Below, in pieces: positions 1 to 10,573 of a DNA stretch of 64,000 bases. The notes beneath the pieces were generated by a model. That model was not told the DNA's origin and searched no databases. It worked only from the letters and a program-made list of their open reading frames with translations. The stretch is taken from NCBI GenBank assembly GCA_965230395.1, contig CBDDKV010000002.1, positions 365,905 to 429,904 on the forward strand, in the 5' to 3' direction. Source of the stretch: Bacteroidales bacterium (lineage in GTDB: Bacteria; Bacteroidota; Bacteroidia; Bacteroidales; UBA10428). The translations under genes were made by a program, and so were the position numbers. How positions within the stretch are numbered: the stretch's first letter is position 1; each line of letters starts with the position of its first letter.

Positions 1-1104
1 GAAGTAAAAGATACAAATGGTTGTATTGTTGTTAAAACGGATAATGTAACTATTAATCAGGAAGCTAACGCAAAGTATACCATGAATGTTAAAAGTGGCT
101 GTTCCCCGTTATTCTTGTTTGGGGAAAACACCTCAGTTGGAATTTCGGAAGGTTTCACTTATTCATGGTATTTCGGAAAAGAGCTTGTTTCAGACAATAA
201 AGATTTAGTGAAGGAGCTGACGAATAATTCAGATACGGATTCAACTATACAGGTGAGCTTGGTTGCCACATCAAATAGTTGTTCTGATACAGCCTGGTCA
301 GATGTTGTTGTTTTTCCAGCACCAAAAGCAATCTTTTCAACCGATAAAGAAAATGGATGCAGCCCACTCGCTATTTCTACAGCAAATAACAGTACAAGTC
401 AACAGAATAGTATTTATAAATGGTATATCAACGGCAAATTGGTCTCAGAAGAAATATCTCCGGTATTAACATTGGAAAACGGTTTGGATAGCACAGTTAT
501 AAAACAAATTAGACTTGATGTTATGAATGCAAACACTTGTTTAGATAGCGCAGTTAATTTTGTAGAAGTGTATCCTACTCCTAAAGCAATAATTGAAGCT
601 AACCCTTTTGAAGGCTTTTCGCCATTAACTGTCAACTTCATTAATAAATCGGAAAGAGCTGATAAATACAACTGGAATTTCGGAAATGGAGAAACTTCAA
701 AAGAGAAGGAGCCATCCCATACATTTAAGTCAGATAGTTTGAGGTTCTTCTTCGTTGAATTTAAAGCTGAAAATGAGAATTGTGCCGACACTTCATCTTT
801 AACCATTAAGGTTAAAGCAAAAGAAGTTTCGTCATTAGCAGAGCTAAAGAATGAAAAAACCGCTTATTATTTTGATCAGTTGTTGGATCAGCTTTATGTA
901 AATCTAAGTATAGGGCAGCAATCAGATGTTAAGGTTACAGTTTTTAACCTGACCGGAAGACTTGAAGTCAGCAAAAGTATGAAAGCGTTGCTGCCTGGCG
1001 AACATCAGGAAGTTTTATACCTTGAAAGGTTGGTTGCGGGAGCATATATTCTTCGAATTGAGACAGATAATGAAGTAATTTCAGGAAAGTTTATAAAGAG
1101 ATAA
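1..1104 (+). CDS. PKD-domain protein with T9SS type A C-terminal sorting domain (5'-truncated by window edge)
   Basis: Frame is open from base 1 (EVKDTNGCIVV... in frame with the listed Met at 82). PKD motifs (YNWNFGNGETS..PSHTF, GCSPL) and C-terminal 'VFNLTGR...LVAGAYILRIE...KFIKR' T9SS signal. Confidence 0.85.
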   Translation, partial: EVKDTNGCIVVKTDNVTINQEANAKYTMNVKSGCSPLFLFGENTSVGISEGFTYSWYFGKELVSDNKDLVKELTNNSDTDSTIQVSLVATSNSCSDTAWSDVVVFPAPKAIFSTDKENGCSPLAISTANNSTSQQNSIYKWYINGKLVSEEISPVLTLENGLDSTVIKQIRLDVMNANTCLDSAVNFVEVYPTPKAIIEANPFEGFSPLTVNFINKSERADKYNWNFGNGETSKEKEPSHTFKSDSLRFFFVEFKAENENCADTSSLTIKVKAKEVSSLAELKNEKTAYYFDQLLDQLYVNLSIGQQSDVKVTVFNLTGRLEVSKSMKALLPGEHQEVLYLERLVAGAYILRIETDNEVISGKFIKR

Positions 1105-1122
1105 GAAACCAAAATAAAAATG

Positions 1123-1150
1123 AAAGGCTGTCTGTAAAGACAGCCTTTTT
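1123..1150. terminator. Bidirectional intrinsic terminator
   Basis: aaaggctgtct-gtaa-agacagccttt hairpin followed by a T run, between convergent genes. Confidence 0.8.
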
Positions 1151-2634
1151 TATTGAGATATCCCGATATTTTTCTCAAAATCGTAAAAAGTCTTCCTGTT
1201 TAAATCAGCCAATAGAAGTTTATAGCTTATATAAGCATCAAGCCTTGATTTAAATGCTTTGTTCAGGCGATCGCGATCTAAAGCAAGTGTTTGGGCATCA
1301 ATATCACCATTAGAAAAACGGGCGCGGCTGATTTCAAAGTTCTTCTCTGCAAGTTCTACGTTTCTTTCTAAAAGTTTTAGCCTGTTTAAACTACTGTGCA
1401 GATTATTTACCGTATTCCGTATTTCTTTCTCAATGTTCACTTTTTCAAGTTCAAGCGCATACCTGTTTTTTTGTTTTGAAGCTTCAGCAACACGCTGCTG
1501 AGATTTATTTACACCCCAGTCAAGTATTGGAATATGAATATTTAGTGCTATTCCCCTGTTTCCAGGCCTGTTTTGCATATCTTCCAAGGCATTTTCGAAT
1601 GCAGGGGTACCAAAATTATTATAGCCATAACCGGTAAAATCGTAGTAGGCTGTAATCTCACCCTGAACATAACGTTGAGACTTTGCTTTCTTTATGTTGA
1701 TATCCGACAGTTCAATTTCAATTTCCCGCTGCCTGACCTCCATTCTGTTGTCAAGTCCCAGTTGCACCGCCTGCTCTACATCAACCAAAACTTCTTTGTA
1801 TTCATAATTGCCAGTGATTGAAATGCTGTCCTGCATGCTTAATCCCAGTTGTTGTTTCAGGTTGTTTATTTGCGATTCGTTTTTAGCAATTGCAATGTCA
1901 TAGCTGTTATATGCGGCTCCCAGGTCAATTTCCATTTGCAGGGCGTCTGATTCACGGATTAGCCCAGCAGTGTATTTGTTTGAGGCAATTTCGCTGGCAC
2001 TTTTCTGACGTTCAAGATCGGATTTGGCTATTTCCATACTTTCCTGCGCAGAGAGTAGAGCATAGAACGATTGACTGACATTGTAAATGAGGTTAAGTTC
2101 GGCCCGTTGTAAGTTTTTCTGCGAAAGCTCATAATTCAGGTTGGCCCGTTTAAATTCAGCCTGTATACCATTGTATGAATAAAATGCTTCAATAGGTTGA
2201 CTTAGCCCGATACGGGTATGTAAATTTAAGTTGTTCGTATCTCTGTAAAAATCATCCTCATTATAGACCCCGGAACGGATATAAACCCTTCCGTCTGTTG
2301 GTAAGGGCTGGTTGATTTCTAAATCGGAGGAATAAGATAACTTTTTCTTGGGAAAATAATATGTCCCTTCACCTACATCGTCAGACACTATTGTTTCAAC
2401 ATAATTTGGAGCTTTAATATTTAAAACAATATTGGTTTTGAACTTGTTTTTCGCAATTTTTAATCGGTATTCGGCAATTTTTAACTCTTCCTGTAACATT
2501 AGCATGTTATGGCTTTTCTCTTTCGCTATTTCAATACTTTTTTGTAAATCCAGCGTAATTGTTTCCTGCGAGTAATTATATGTTGTAGTGGAAAGTAGTA
2601 CAAGTAATATTATTATTGGGGTTTTACCTTTCAT
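1150..2634 (-). CDS. TolC-family outer membrane efflux protein
   Basis: Signal peptide from MKGKTP (start more likely 2634 than 2685). Outer membrane efflux repeats (LDLQKSIEIA, IPILDWG, NFEISRARFSNG). Last gene of the efflux operon. Confidence 0.9.
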   Translation of the reverse strand: MKGKTPIIILLVLLSTTTYNYSQETITLDLQKSIEIAKEKSHNMLMLQEELKIAEYRLKIAKNKFKTNIVLNIKAPNYVETIVSDDVGEGTYYFPKKKLSYSSDLEINQPLPTDGRVYIRSGVYNEDDFYRDTNNLNLHTRIGLSQPIEAFYSYNGIQAEFKRANLNYELSQKNLQRAELNLIYNVSQSFYALLSAQESMEIAKSDLERQKSASEIASNKYTAGLIRESDALQMEIDLGAAYNSYDIAIAKNESQINNLKQQLGLSMQDSISITGNYEYKEVLVDVEQAVQLGLDNRMEVRQREIEIELSDINIKKAKSQRYVQGEITAYYDFTGYGYNNFGTPAFENALEDMQNRPGNRGIALNIHIPILDWGVNKSQQRVAEASKQKNRYALELEKVNIEKEIRNTVNNLHSSLNRLKLLERNVELAEKNFEISRARFSNGDIDAQTLALDRDRLNKAFKSRLDAYISYKLLLADLNRKTFYDFEKNIGISQ

Positions 2635-2684
2635 TGTTGTATGATTAATGGGGGTGTTTATTATCGGTTTTTGGTGTTGAAACA

Positions 2685-3368
2685 TTAACTTTTTACTTTG
2701 ATATCTGATTTTATCCGGCCATCAAAAAGTTTGATAATCCTGTTGCTGTATTCGGCAATCTCGTTTTCATGGGTAATAAGAATAATTGTGTTGCCTTCTT
2801 TGTGGAGCTCTTCAAATATTCCCATAATTTCAATACCGGTTTTAGAATCCAGGTTTCCTGTGGGTTCATCAGCAAGTATTATTTCCGGGTTATTCACCAG
2901 TGCCCTGGCAATAGCTACGCGTTGTCGCTGGCCGCCGGACATTTCGTTGGGCTTATGGTACATCCGTTCAGAGAGGCCGACCCTACAGAGGGCTTCTTCT
3001 GCCATTTTGTGCCGTTCATGTTTGTCTACTCCGGAATAAATAAGGGGGAGTTCCACGTTATGCAGGGCATCGGCTTTGGGAAGAAGGTTAAACGTTTGGA
3101 AGATAAAGCCAATTTTTTTATTTCTGATCCCGGAAAGGGCATCGTCGTCAAGGCTGCTTACGTCAACAGAATCAAAAAAGTAATGTCCGGAAGAAGGCGT
3201 ATCCAGGCACCCCAGTATGTTCATAAGTGTTGATTTACCGGAACCCGATGGTCCCATAATGGCAACATATTCGTTTTCATCGATATTTAAATCTACTCCT
3301 CTTAGAGCAGACACAGTAATATGCCCTAAGACATATTCTTTTTTTATATTTTGAATATTTATAAGCAT
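2685..3368 (-). CDS. MacB/LolD-type ABC transporter ATP-binding protein
   Basis: Walker [10 protein letters not shown], signature [14 protein letters not shown], Walker [13 protein letters not shown]-loop ITHE. Confidence 0.95.
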   Translation of the reverse strand: MLINIQNIKKEYVLGHITVSALRGVDLNIDENEYVAIMGPSGSGKSTLMNILGCLDTPSSGHYFFDSVDVSSLDDDALSGIRNKKIGFIFQTFNLLPKADALHNVELPLIYSGVDKHERHKMAEEALCRVGLSERMYHKPNEMSGGQRQRVAIARALVNNPEIILADEPTGNLDSKTGIEIMGIFEELHKEGNTIILITHENEIAEYSNRIIKLFDGRIKSDIKVKS

Positions 3369-3380
3369 ATGGACTAATTA

Positions 3381-4619
3381 TTATTCGTATCGAATTGATT
3401 CTATCGGGTTTAGGTTTGCGGCGTTTCGTGCTGGTAAATACCCGAACACAATTCCTACAATAACGGAAACCATAAACGCAATAAATACGGAGAAGAAGGT
3501 CACATTCGTTTGTACATCTGTTAACAGGTTTATAACCAGTGATATTGTTAGTCCAAGTACTACCCCGATAATTCCTCCGCTGAAACTGATTACCACAGCT
3601 TCGGTCAGAAACTGATCCTGGATATCCTTTTTCTTTGCACCAATTGCCCTTCGCACCCCAATTTCACGGGTCCTTTCAAGTATACTGGCAAGCATGATGT
3701 TCATAATGCCAATTCCCCCAACCAAAAGAGAAATAGCAGCAATGGAGCCCAACAGAAAGTTATAGGCTTTTCGCTCTTTTTCTTCCTGTTTTAATAGTTC
3801 ATAGGGGATGATTAAACTGTAGTCTTCATTTTTAAAGTGATGCCGGTCAATAATCCGTCTTATTAAATCGGCAACTTCCTGTAAATTTTCTGAATTGTTA
3901 ACTTTTACCGTTATCTGTTTTAGTTCACTGGACAATATGTTTTTAGAGGCAAAGCGCTTTTTAAATGTTGATAGTGGGATATAAACATCGTTGTTTAAGT
4001 CGCGGGAGGCAAGTTCTCCAACCGTTTCGGTAAAAAGGGATTTATTTTCCATAACACCAACTACTTCAAGCCACTGGTCTTCAATTTTCACTAATTTACC
4101 AATAGGATCTTCGAAGGGGTAGAGCACTTTTGCAATAGAAGCACCCAATACGCAAACCTTCAGGTGCCTTTCATAGTGGTCTTCATTAATGAATGTGCCT
4201 TTTGCCGCAGAGTAGTTTAGAATTTCTTTTGATTCCGGCGTAATACCAATTACTGTTGCTTTGCATGATTTGTCGTGATATTTTGCTTCTGAAGCTTTTT
4301 CCGATTGTGGAACGACAAATTCAACCAAAGGAATTACTTCTTTTATGGCCAGGGCATCTGTCATGCTTAGTCCGGGTGAGAACTTTGCCCTTACTTCCTG
4401 GAGTTGTTCATCGCTAAGGTTTTTGTCGCGAATAATAATGTTGTTTACGCCGAGATCTTTATATTTTGCCAGGGCTTGTCTTTTGGCTCCTTCACCAATT
4501 GAGAGCATGGAAATTACGGCAGCTACGCCAAATATTATGCCCAGCATGGTTAGGAAGGTACGGAGCTTATGATCTGTCAGACCATTTAGGGACACTCTTA
4601 TATTTTCTTCTAAATGCAT
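3381..4619 (-). CDS. MacB/FtsX-family ABC permease
   Basis: LRTFLTMLGIIFGVAAVI, SLLVGGIGIMNIMLASILERTREIGVRRAIGA and PARNAANLNPIESIRYE motifs. Confidence 0.95.
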   Translation of the reverse strand: MHLEENIRVSLNGLTDHKLRTFLTMLGIIFGVAAVISMLSIGEGAKRQALAKYKDLGVNNIIIRDKNLSDEQLQEVRAKFSPGLSMTDALAIKEVIPLVEFVVPQSEKASEAKYHDKSCKATVIGITPESKEILNYSAAKGTFINEDHYERHLKVCVLGASIAKVLYPFEDPIGKLVKIEDQWLEVVGVMENKSLFTETVGELASRDLNNDVYIPLSTFKKRFASKNILSSELKQITVKVNNSENLQEVADLIRRIIDRHHFKNEDYSLIIPYELLKQEEKERKAYNFLLGSIAAISLLVGGIGIMNIMLASILERTREIGVRRAIGAKKKDIQDQFLTEAVVISFSGGIIGVVLGLTISLVINLLTDVQTNVTFFSVFIAFMVSVIVGIVFGYLPARNAANLNPIESIRYE

Positions 4620-4623
4620 AACC

Positions 4624-5835
4624 TTATTTGTTTTCTTTTAAGTTTTTAACAGAAAGTTCTTCCATACTGATCAGCCTTTGTCCTTTTTCTATATTGCCTT
4701 GTATTGCAGAGTAGTGACTGTTAACAGCGAGTATTTCAATAGGAATTTTGTTGTCTGTACCTTCCTTAATTACAAAATAATCCGATCCGTCGGTGAAAAT
4801 GCACTCGTTTTCTATGTATAACGAATTGTCCAGTTCTTTAAAAATGAGTTCACTACTAACAGTCATCCCTGGTTTTAATGCATCATCTTTGCCCTTTACT
4901 TCCACCTCAAAGTCAAATACCCTTAAAGGCGAATCCCTTTCCTTTTCACGGCACAGACGTCCAATATATTTTATCTTTCCTTCAAAAGACTTCTCAGGAT
5001 AAGCATCCAGCCTTATAATTACGTCCTGTCCAAGGTGAATTTTGCGAATATCTGCTTCGTTAATTGCTGAGACAACTTTCATTTTGCTCATATCCGGAAT
5101 GCTTGCAATGTAGGCCCCCATGTGAATATCATCGCCGATTTGCACCATGGAACCAGTTCGCCTGTTTTTTTCCAACTGAACAATGCCTTTAACGGGACTG
5201 AGTATAACCAGTTGTTTCAGGGCATGTTCTCCTTCCAGGATGTTCTTTTGAATTTGCCGTATTTTTATTTTTTGAATTTGTATTTCGTTATCGAAAACGA
5301 TTTTTTTCTGTTTGTTCTTTTCTTTTATGTTGTCAACTTTGGTTTTGGCAATATCAAGTTCGAGTTTTTTTAATTGTCTTTTATTCTCCGACTCGAACTT
5401 AAATTTGTCTACCTGGAGCATAATCAAACTCAGGTTTGCCTCTTCTGATTGTTGTTCGGAAATAAGCTGGCTTAAGGCACTTTGGTGTTTGGCATAGAGC
5501 TTCTTCAGGTTAGCTTCTTCGGATTCCAGTTTGTTCCTCTGTTCTTCCAGGACTTTCAATACTGGTGAAGGATCAATCATAACAATAGTGTCACCAACAT
5601 CAATTCTTTGGCCATGTTTAGCCAAATGGATTACTTTATATCTCCAGCCATATTTCCAGCCAATAAAAGGCATTGGTATCATCTTGGAACGAATAGCGTG
5701 CAGTTCCCCTGTTTCTGTAATGCTGGCTTTAAAGGGACCGCTTTTTACAGTATGTTTTTTTTGTGTTGTATTTTTGCAGCCGGATGTTGCCAGGAAGAAG
5801 CAGGCAATAAGTATATATTTAAATGTATTTTTCAT
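4624..5835 (-). CDS. Efflux periplasmic adaptor (HlyD/MacA-like), lipoprotein; paralogue 3
   Basis: Lipobox ATSG-C, coiled coil, 'INEADIRKIHLGQDVIIRLDAYP', 'LKPGMTV'. Confidence 0.9.
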   Translation of the reverse strand: MKNTFKYILIACFFLATSGCKNTTQKKHTVKSGPFKASITETGELHAIRSKMIPMPFIGWKYGWRYKVIHLAKHGQRIDVGDTIVMIDPSPVLKVLEEQRNKLESEEANLKKLYAKHQSALSQLISEQQSEEANLSLIMLQVDKFKFESENKRQLKKLELDIAKTKVDNIKEKNKQKKIVFDNEIQIQKIKIRQIQKNILEGEHALKQLVILSPVKGIVQLEKNRRTGSMVQIGDDIHMGAYIASIPDMSKMKVVSAINEADIRKIHLGQDVIIRLDAYPEKSFEGKIKYIGRLCREKERDSPLRVFDFEVEVKGKDDALKPGMTVSSELIFKELDNSLYIENECIFTDGSDYFVIKEGTDNKIPIEILAVNSHYSAIQGNIEKGQRLISMEELSVKNLKENK

Positions 5836-5859
5836 GACCAGTCTAATTCTATTTGAGGT

Positions 5860-7076
5860 TTATTCCTCTGTTTGAAACTCTTCAGGAACAGAGAGGGCAA
5901 CTTCATCACCTTCTTTAAGTCCGTCTTCAACTATAATGTAATCGTTGTTCACTAATCCGGTTTTTATTTCCACTTCCTGGAAAGAACTCCCCGATTTTAG
6001 ATATACACGACTAATACTTCCTATGTTTTGAACAGCTTCAGAAGGGATATAAAACACATTGTCAATTTTATCTACTATTATCCGGCAGTTAACGGTCATA
6101 CCGGGCATTAGTTCTTTAGATATTTCGTTTAGCACAACAGCAACCGGAAAGACTTTAATTTTAGATTTTCTCTGATCTTTATATTTCGCGAGGGTGGCAA
6201 CAGAGGTAACTTTTCCAGAGAAAGAGCTGTTGCTAAAAGCATCAAGTTTGACTTCGACTTTCTGCCCCGTTTTGATTTTCGAAATATCTACTTCATTTAT
6301 TTCTGCATCCACTTTAATTTCACTTAAATCAGGAAGCTGTATAAGCGGCGTTCCTGACCAGGGTTGATCCCCGACCTGCCATTTTGAATTTGTGCTCCAG
6401 TTTTTTCCCAATATCGCAAGGCCATCGGCAGGGCTTATAACGGTCATCTTTTTTATGGTTTCATTGGCGTCTTCCAGTTTGTTTTCAAGTTGTTCTATTT
6501 TTAGTCCCTTCTGGGTTCTTTCTTCTGCATGGATTTTTTTTGGTTTTTTATTTCTTCTTCGGCTTTTTTTAGGTTAATTTTTGCCCTGTTCAGGTTTAAT
6601 TGGATTTCTTTCCTGGTTACTTCTGACTCAAATGTAGCCTGTTCAAGCTTTATCTCGGCAATTTTATAATTCAGTTCACTTATTTTTAGGTTAGACTTTA
6701 ATTCTTCAAGTTTAGATGTTTGTTCTGCAACAAGCTTCGTTAATTCAGCTCTGGCGATTTCCAGTTCTGCTTTTGCGTCAATTTTGGCTTTAAAAATTTC
6801 GGAAGGATCAAAAAGCACCACTGTGTCCCCTTTTTCAACTTCCGTTCCGTCTTCAACGATATTCGTAATTTTCAGCATGCCGAAATGCCAGGCAAGAGCA
6901 GGGGCAGAAATGTTTACGGATTTGGTAGCCTTTAACTCCCCGCTTTCAACAACATCGATGAGAAACTCTCCTTTTTTTACTTTGTAGGTTTGTATTTCTG
7001 TTTTGCTATTTGAGCAACCAACCAGGAAAAATATTGCAGAACAAACAGTGAGAAATTTTAGCATGAATAGATTCAT
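5860..7076 (-). pseudogene. Efflux periplasmic adaptor paralogue 2, split by a 1-nt frameshift (ORFs 6501..7076 and 5860..6447)
   Basis: The N-half has lipobox LVG-C and a coiled coil; the C-half has INEVDISKIKTGQKV..LDAF and LMPGMTV. Adding one A to the A8 run (T8 at 6534-6541 on +) gives a continuous ...QKKIHAEERTQKGLKIEQLENKLEDANETIKKMTVISPADG. Could be a sequencing error. Confidence 0.8.
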
Positions 7077-8275
7077 TGTAATTGTTTTGAATGAGGTTTA
7101 TATGTTGATATGATATCATTTTCTTTTAAACCATTAGAGATTACCGCCTGTGTTGTGCTGAATTTAGCAACGGAGACCTCTTTTGGTATAAATTTATTCC
7201 CCGATTTAAGATAGACAATTTTGGCACTGTCCGAGTCAAACAAGCTGGTTATAGGAACGGTAATTGTATCATGTATTTCTTCGAGTATTACATTTGCAGA
7301 CACATTTAATCCGGGCATCAATGCTCTGGGTAATGAATCGATACTTGCAATTGCTTCATAAACCTTTACTTTACTGCCTCGTTCAATGGCTTTTCCTGCT
7401 CCGGATTTTTTTTTGATTTTTCCTGTTAAAATAACTTCGGGGAAAGCATCAACCCGAACCTTTACCCTTTGTTTTTTAGCGATGCGCTTGGCATCGGCCT
7501 CGTTTGTTACCAGTTTTACCTGCATTACAGATAAGTCTGGAATGGTTAATAGTGGTTGCCTGCCCCACACCACATCTCCTTTTTCGAGTTTTCTTCCAGT
7601 AGACCAGCTTCTCTCCCGGACAACAATACCACCATTCTTTGAAGTAATTACCAGCTTATCGAGAACCTCTTTTTGCCTGTTGACTTTGTTTTTCGACTGC
7701 GTAATCTTTAGTTTCACCTTTTCCAGTTCCGACTTAGTTATTTCTTTCAGGAATTTAAGTTTGTTTTCCAGTTTTTCTTTTTCCAGTTCTGCTTTCTGTA
7801 TTTCCAGTTCGGTTATTTTTCGTCTGGTTTCTGATGAGTACAAAGTCTGAAGGGAGTCTAATCTTGATATTTCGGTTGAAGTCTCTATGGATTCTACCTG
7901 CGATTCCAACAGTAAAATTTGCAGCCTGACGTTCTGTAATGATTTTTTGTACTCTATTTTAGCTATTTCTAACTCCTTCAAGGCGTCTAAATATTTACTT
8001 TCTACTTCCGGGGCATCTAAAATGCAAACCGTGTCACCCGTTTGCACAGTGCTACCATCTTCAATAAGATATTTTACTTTTAAATCAGCCCGAAGTCGTG
8101 GACACGAAATGTTTATTGAGTTTTTTGATTCCAGAGAACCAGCAACTTTAATGGAACTTATATAATTCGTTTTTTTTACTATAAAAAGCTGGTTGTCGTT
8201 ATAATTAGAATTGCACGAAAAATATATAGCAGACACTAAAAAGAGTTTCACAATGGAACTTTTTAATAATTTCAT
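7073..8275 (-). CDS. Efflux periplasmic adaptor (HlyD/MacA-like), lipoprotein; paralogue 1
   Basis: Lipobox YFS-C, 'LIEDGSTVQTGDTV', 'NEADAKRIAKKQRVKVRVDAFP', 'LMPGLNV'. Stop overlaps the next start (ATGA). Confidence 0.9.
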   Translation of the reverse strand: MKLLKSSIVKLFLVSAIYFSCNSNYNDNQLFIVKKTNYISSIKVAGSLESKNSINISCPRLRADLKVKYLIEDGSTVQTGDTVCILDAPEVESKYLDALKELEIAKIEYKKSLQNVRLQILLLESQVESIETSTEISRLDSLQTLYSSETRRKITELEIQKAELEKEKLENKLKFLKEITKSELEKVKLKITQSKNKVNRQKEVLDKLVITSKNGGIVVRERSWSTGRKLEKGDVVWGRQPLLTIPDLSVMQVKLVTNEADAKRIAKKQRVKVRVDAFPEVILTGKIKKKSGAGKAIERGSKVKVYEAIASIDSLPRALMPGLNVSANVILEEIHDTITVPITSLFDSDSAKIVYLKSGNKFIPKEVSVAKFSTTQAVISNGLKENDIISTYKPHSKQLQ

Positions 8276-8602
8276 TCATTCAATTGGGTTAACGAAATTT
8301 ATAACGAGTTTCTAATAAATTAAAATACGGTTAGCCAATATATAAAATTATTTAGGTAGACCCTTTTATTTATTCAGAATTAATGTTAAAAAGTTCTTTC
8401 ATGATTATTGGGGTTGTTTGTACATATAAAATTAGACACTTGTTTTTGTAGAAATGTCATAATAAAATAACAATAAGTAACAGAGTGTCACTAAAAGTCA
8501 TAATGAATTACTAAAAGGAGAGTAAAGGCATGAACCGAAACGCAGAGGGGACTGGCAAAGTCAATATGAGTTGAATTGTGGGAAGCTTGAAAAGGACAGG
8601 AA

Positions 8603-9181
8603 TTAAATTTGAGCTGTTGAGATATCAGAGTCCCATTCGGGAAAAGAATGGTATGCATCCCAAAATTCTCCTGGATTATCAAACAATTTCCACATTTCCA
8701 GATGTTCTTTGTTCAGGAAGTGTTCTTGAGCCATTTTATTCAGGAAGTTGTTCAGCGGGGTATAAAAACCATTTGTGTTTAAGAGCAGGATCGGTTTGGA
8801 AAACTTCCCTAAACGTTTAAGTGTAATAACTTCAGATAATTCCTCTAATGTTCCCGTTCCTCCGGGCAGGGCAATAATGGCATCGGTGCCTTCAATTAAT
8901 TTCTTTTTTCGCTCGTGCATATCATGAACAATATGCAGGTCTTTTACTTTTGGGTGCGCCCATTCCACTTTTACCATGAATTCCGGAATGATGCCGGTAA
9001 TTTCCCCTCCTTTTTCAATGTATCTGTCAGCCAGAGCCCCCATAAGGCCGACCGCTCCACCACCATAGATTACCCTTACACTTTCTTTCAGTAGTTCATC
9101 GGCAAGGTCAACAGTGTCCTCAAAGTATTTTTTGTCAATTTTTTTGCTGGAAGCGCAGTAAACGGTAAATGACAGGCTCAT
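8603..9181 (-). CDS. LOG-family protein (TIGR00730, nucleotide monophosphate nucleosidase)
   Basis: YGGGAVGLMGALA, MHERKK and PGGTGTLEE motifs. Confidence 0.9.
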   Translation of the reverse strand: MSLSFTVYCASSKKIDKKYFEDTVDLADELLKESVRVIYGGGAVGLMGALADRYIEKGGEITGIIPEFMVKVEWAHPKVKDLHIVHDMHERKKKLIEGTDAIIALPGGTGTLEELSEVITLKRLGKFSKPILLLNTNGFYTPLNNFLNKMAQEHFLNKEHLEMWKLFDNPGEFWDAYHSFPEWDSDISTAQI

Positions 9182-9316
9182 CGGTAAAGTGATATTTTTT
9201 CAGGTAAAAGATAATAAAAATTAGGTAGTTAATTAAGTGCTCTTTTAGCGGAAGTCTTCTGAAGGTATTTTTGAAGTGGAAGGGAGGCGGGAGAACGCTC
9301 CCACCTTCTATAGGAA

Positions 9317-10405
9317 TTAGTATGAATCGTAATAGATGTTAGGCCAGGTATAAAAATATGGATTGGGTATTGAGCCGGAATCGTCATATATACCTTTCCA
9401 GTCACCATTAGAAGGCGTGGTAGCGCCTGCATCTCCATTGGTGTCACCTAATCTGGTATCATCTTTAAATGAAGTAAAAGCATTTGTGGCATTTTGGTTA
9501 AGAACACCTCCGGTTTGTATCAGTAAAGTGGATTCAGGAGTAAATTTAACAACGACATTGTTGGCTAAAGTAAGGGAGCCACTTGACTCTATCCATAAAT
9601 CACCGTCACTAATAACAAAGGGGACTTCGGTTTCTTCCCATGAAACGGCCTGGAAAAAATCATCGTTACTATAAATGAAGATTCCGTTCATGGTGTTTTT
9701 TTCTGAAGCTTCTTCCGGGTTATGAAATACGTTAGAATTGTCAATATTTATAACACTTTCAACTGAGAGTGGTATGTTATTGTTATAAAACACATTGTTT
9801 TTTATTATGGTTGAGGGTTTAGCATTTGTAGCATCAAGGGCACCGTAAAAGAAGTCGCCTGATTTTCCACCGTAGTTAAAAGCAAAAGTACAATTGGTTA
9901 TAGAGGCTGTTACGTCATATACAATAAGCGTACTGTTATCGGAGCTTTTACCCCCATAAAGAAATTTGCAGTGTTTAAATGAAGAACCATTCCCTTCAAG
10001 AAGAAGCGTGCCCCAATTCTTAGCAGCTGGGGAGGTGGCGTTTCCATCTTTGTTTACATCTCCTCCATAGGCATCATCTTTAATTGATGTAAAAATAATT
10101 GAGTCAGTGGATGTTCCGTTTGCGATAACAGTCCCTAAAGAACTCACAGACATAAATGCCCCGTCTGGTGTAAATTTTATTATAGTTCCGGGCTGGATCG
10201 TTAATGTTGCTGTAACCCAAAAATCATAGGCTTTTATAACATAAATAGAATCGGCATACCACGTAGTGTTTTTGTCTATATTACTAGTGATTTCGACGAT
10301 GTTAAGATTGTTGTTATCATCTCCGTTTCCGGAATCAGAGTCATCATTGCAAGAATAAATGAGTACCACACTTACAATAACAGCTAGTAGGGATAGTTTT
10401 TTCAT
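9317..10405 (-). CDS. Surface lipoprotein with parallel beta-helix-like repeats
   Basis: Lipobox IYS-C followed by an acidic stretch (NDDSDSG). 'TLTIQPGTIIKF..G..IANGT...IIFTS..DD' unit occurs twice. Confidence 0.7.
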   Translation of the reverse strand: MKKLSLLAVIVSVVLIYSCNDDSDSGNGDDNNNLNIVEITSNIDKNTTWYADSIYVIKAYDFWVTATLTIQPGTIIKFTPDGAFMSVSSLGTVIANGTSTDSIIFTSIKDDAYGGDVNKDGNATSPAAKNWGTLLLEGNGSSFKHCKFLYGGKSSDNSTLIVYDVTASITNCTFAFNYGGKSGDFFYGALDATNAKPSTIIKNNVFYNNNIPLSVESVINIDNSNVFHNPEEASEKNTMNGIFIYSNDDFFQAVSWEETEVPFVISDGDLWIESSGSLTLANNVVVKFTPESTLLIQTGGVLNQNATNAFTSFKDDTRLGDTNGDAGATTPSNGDWKGIYDDSGSIPNPYFYTWPNIYYDSY

Positions 10406-10498
10406 TCTAAAAAATTTTAATGGTTAACTTAAGCAACAAGTTCGTAAATTATTCTCAATCAATTGATAATAATTGCCGGTTAAATTTTTTACAACAAT

Positions 10499-10532
10499 AA
10501 AAAAAGGGACACCATTCAGAATGGTGCCCCTT
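10499..10532 (-). terminator. Intrinsic terminator of nrdJ
   Basis: Minus strand aaggggcaccattc-t-gaatggtgtcccttttttt, about 40 nt after the nrdJ stop. Confidence 0.75.
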
Positions 10533-10573
10533 AGATCCTTTGATTATGATATTATTTTAATGTAGCTAAATTC

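Noticed and set aside
2635-2685. Extended N-termini in the ORF track (TolC 2685, nadB 32634, DUF6625-like 39232, hypothetical 40867)
   Set aside because: Downstream ATGs (2634, 32574, 39289, 40816) fit signal peptides, family N-termini or stop/start coupling better.
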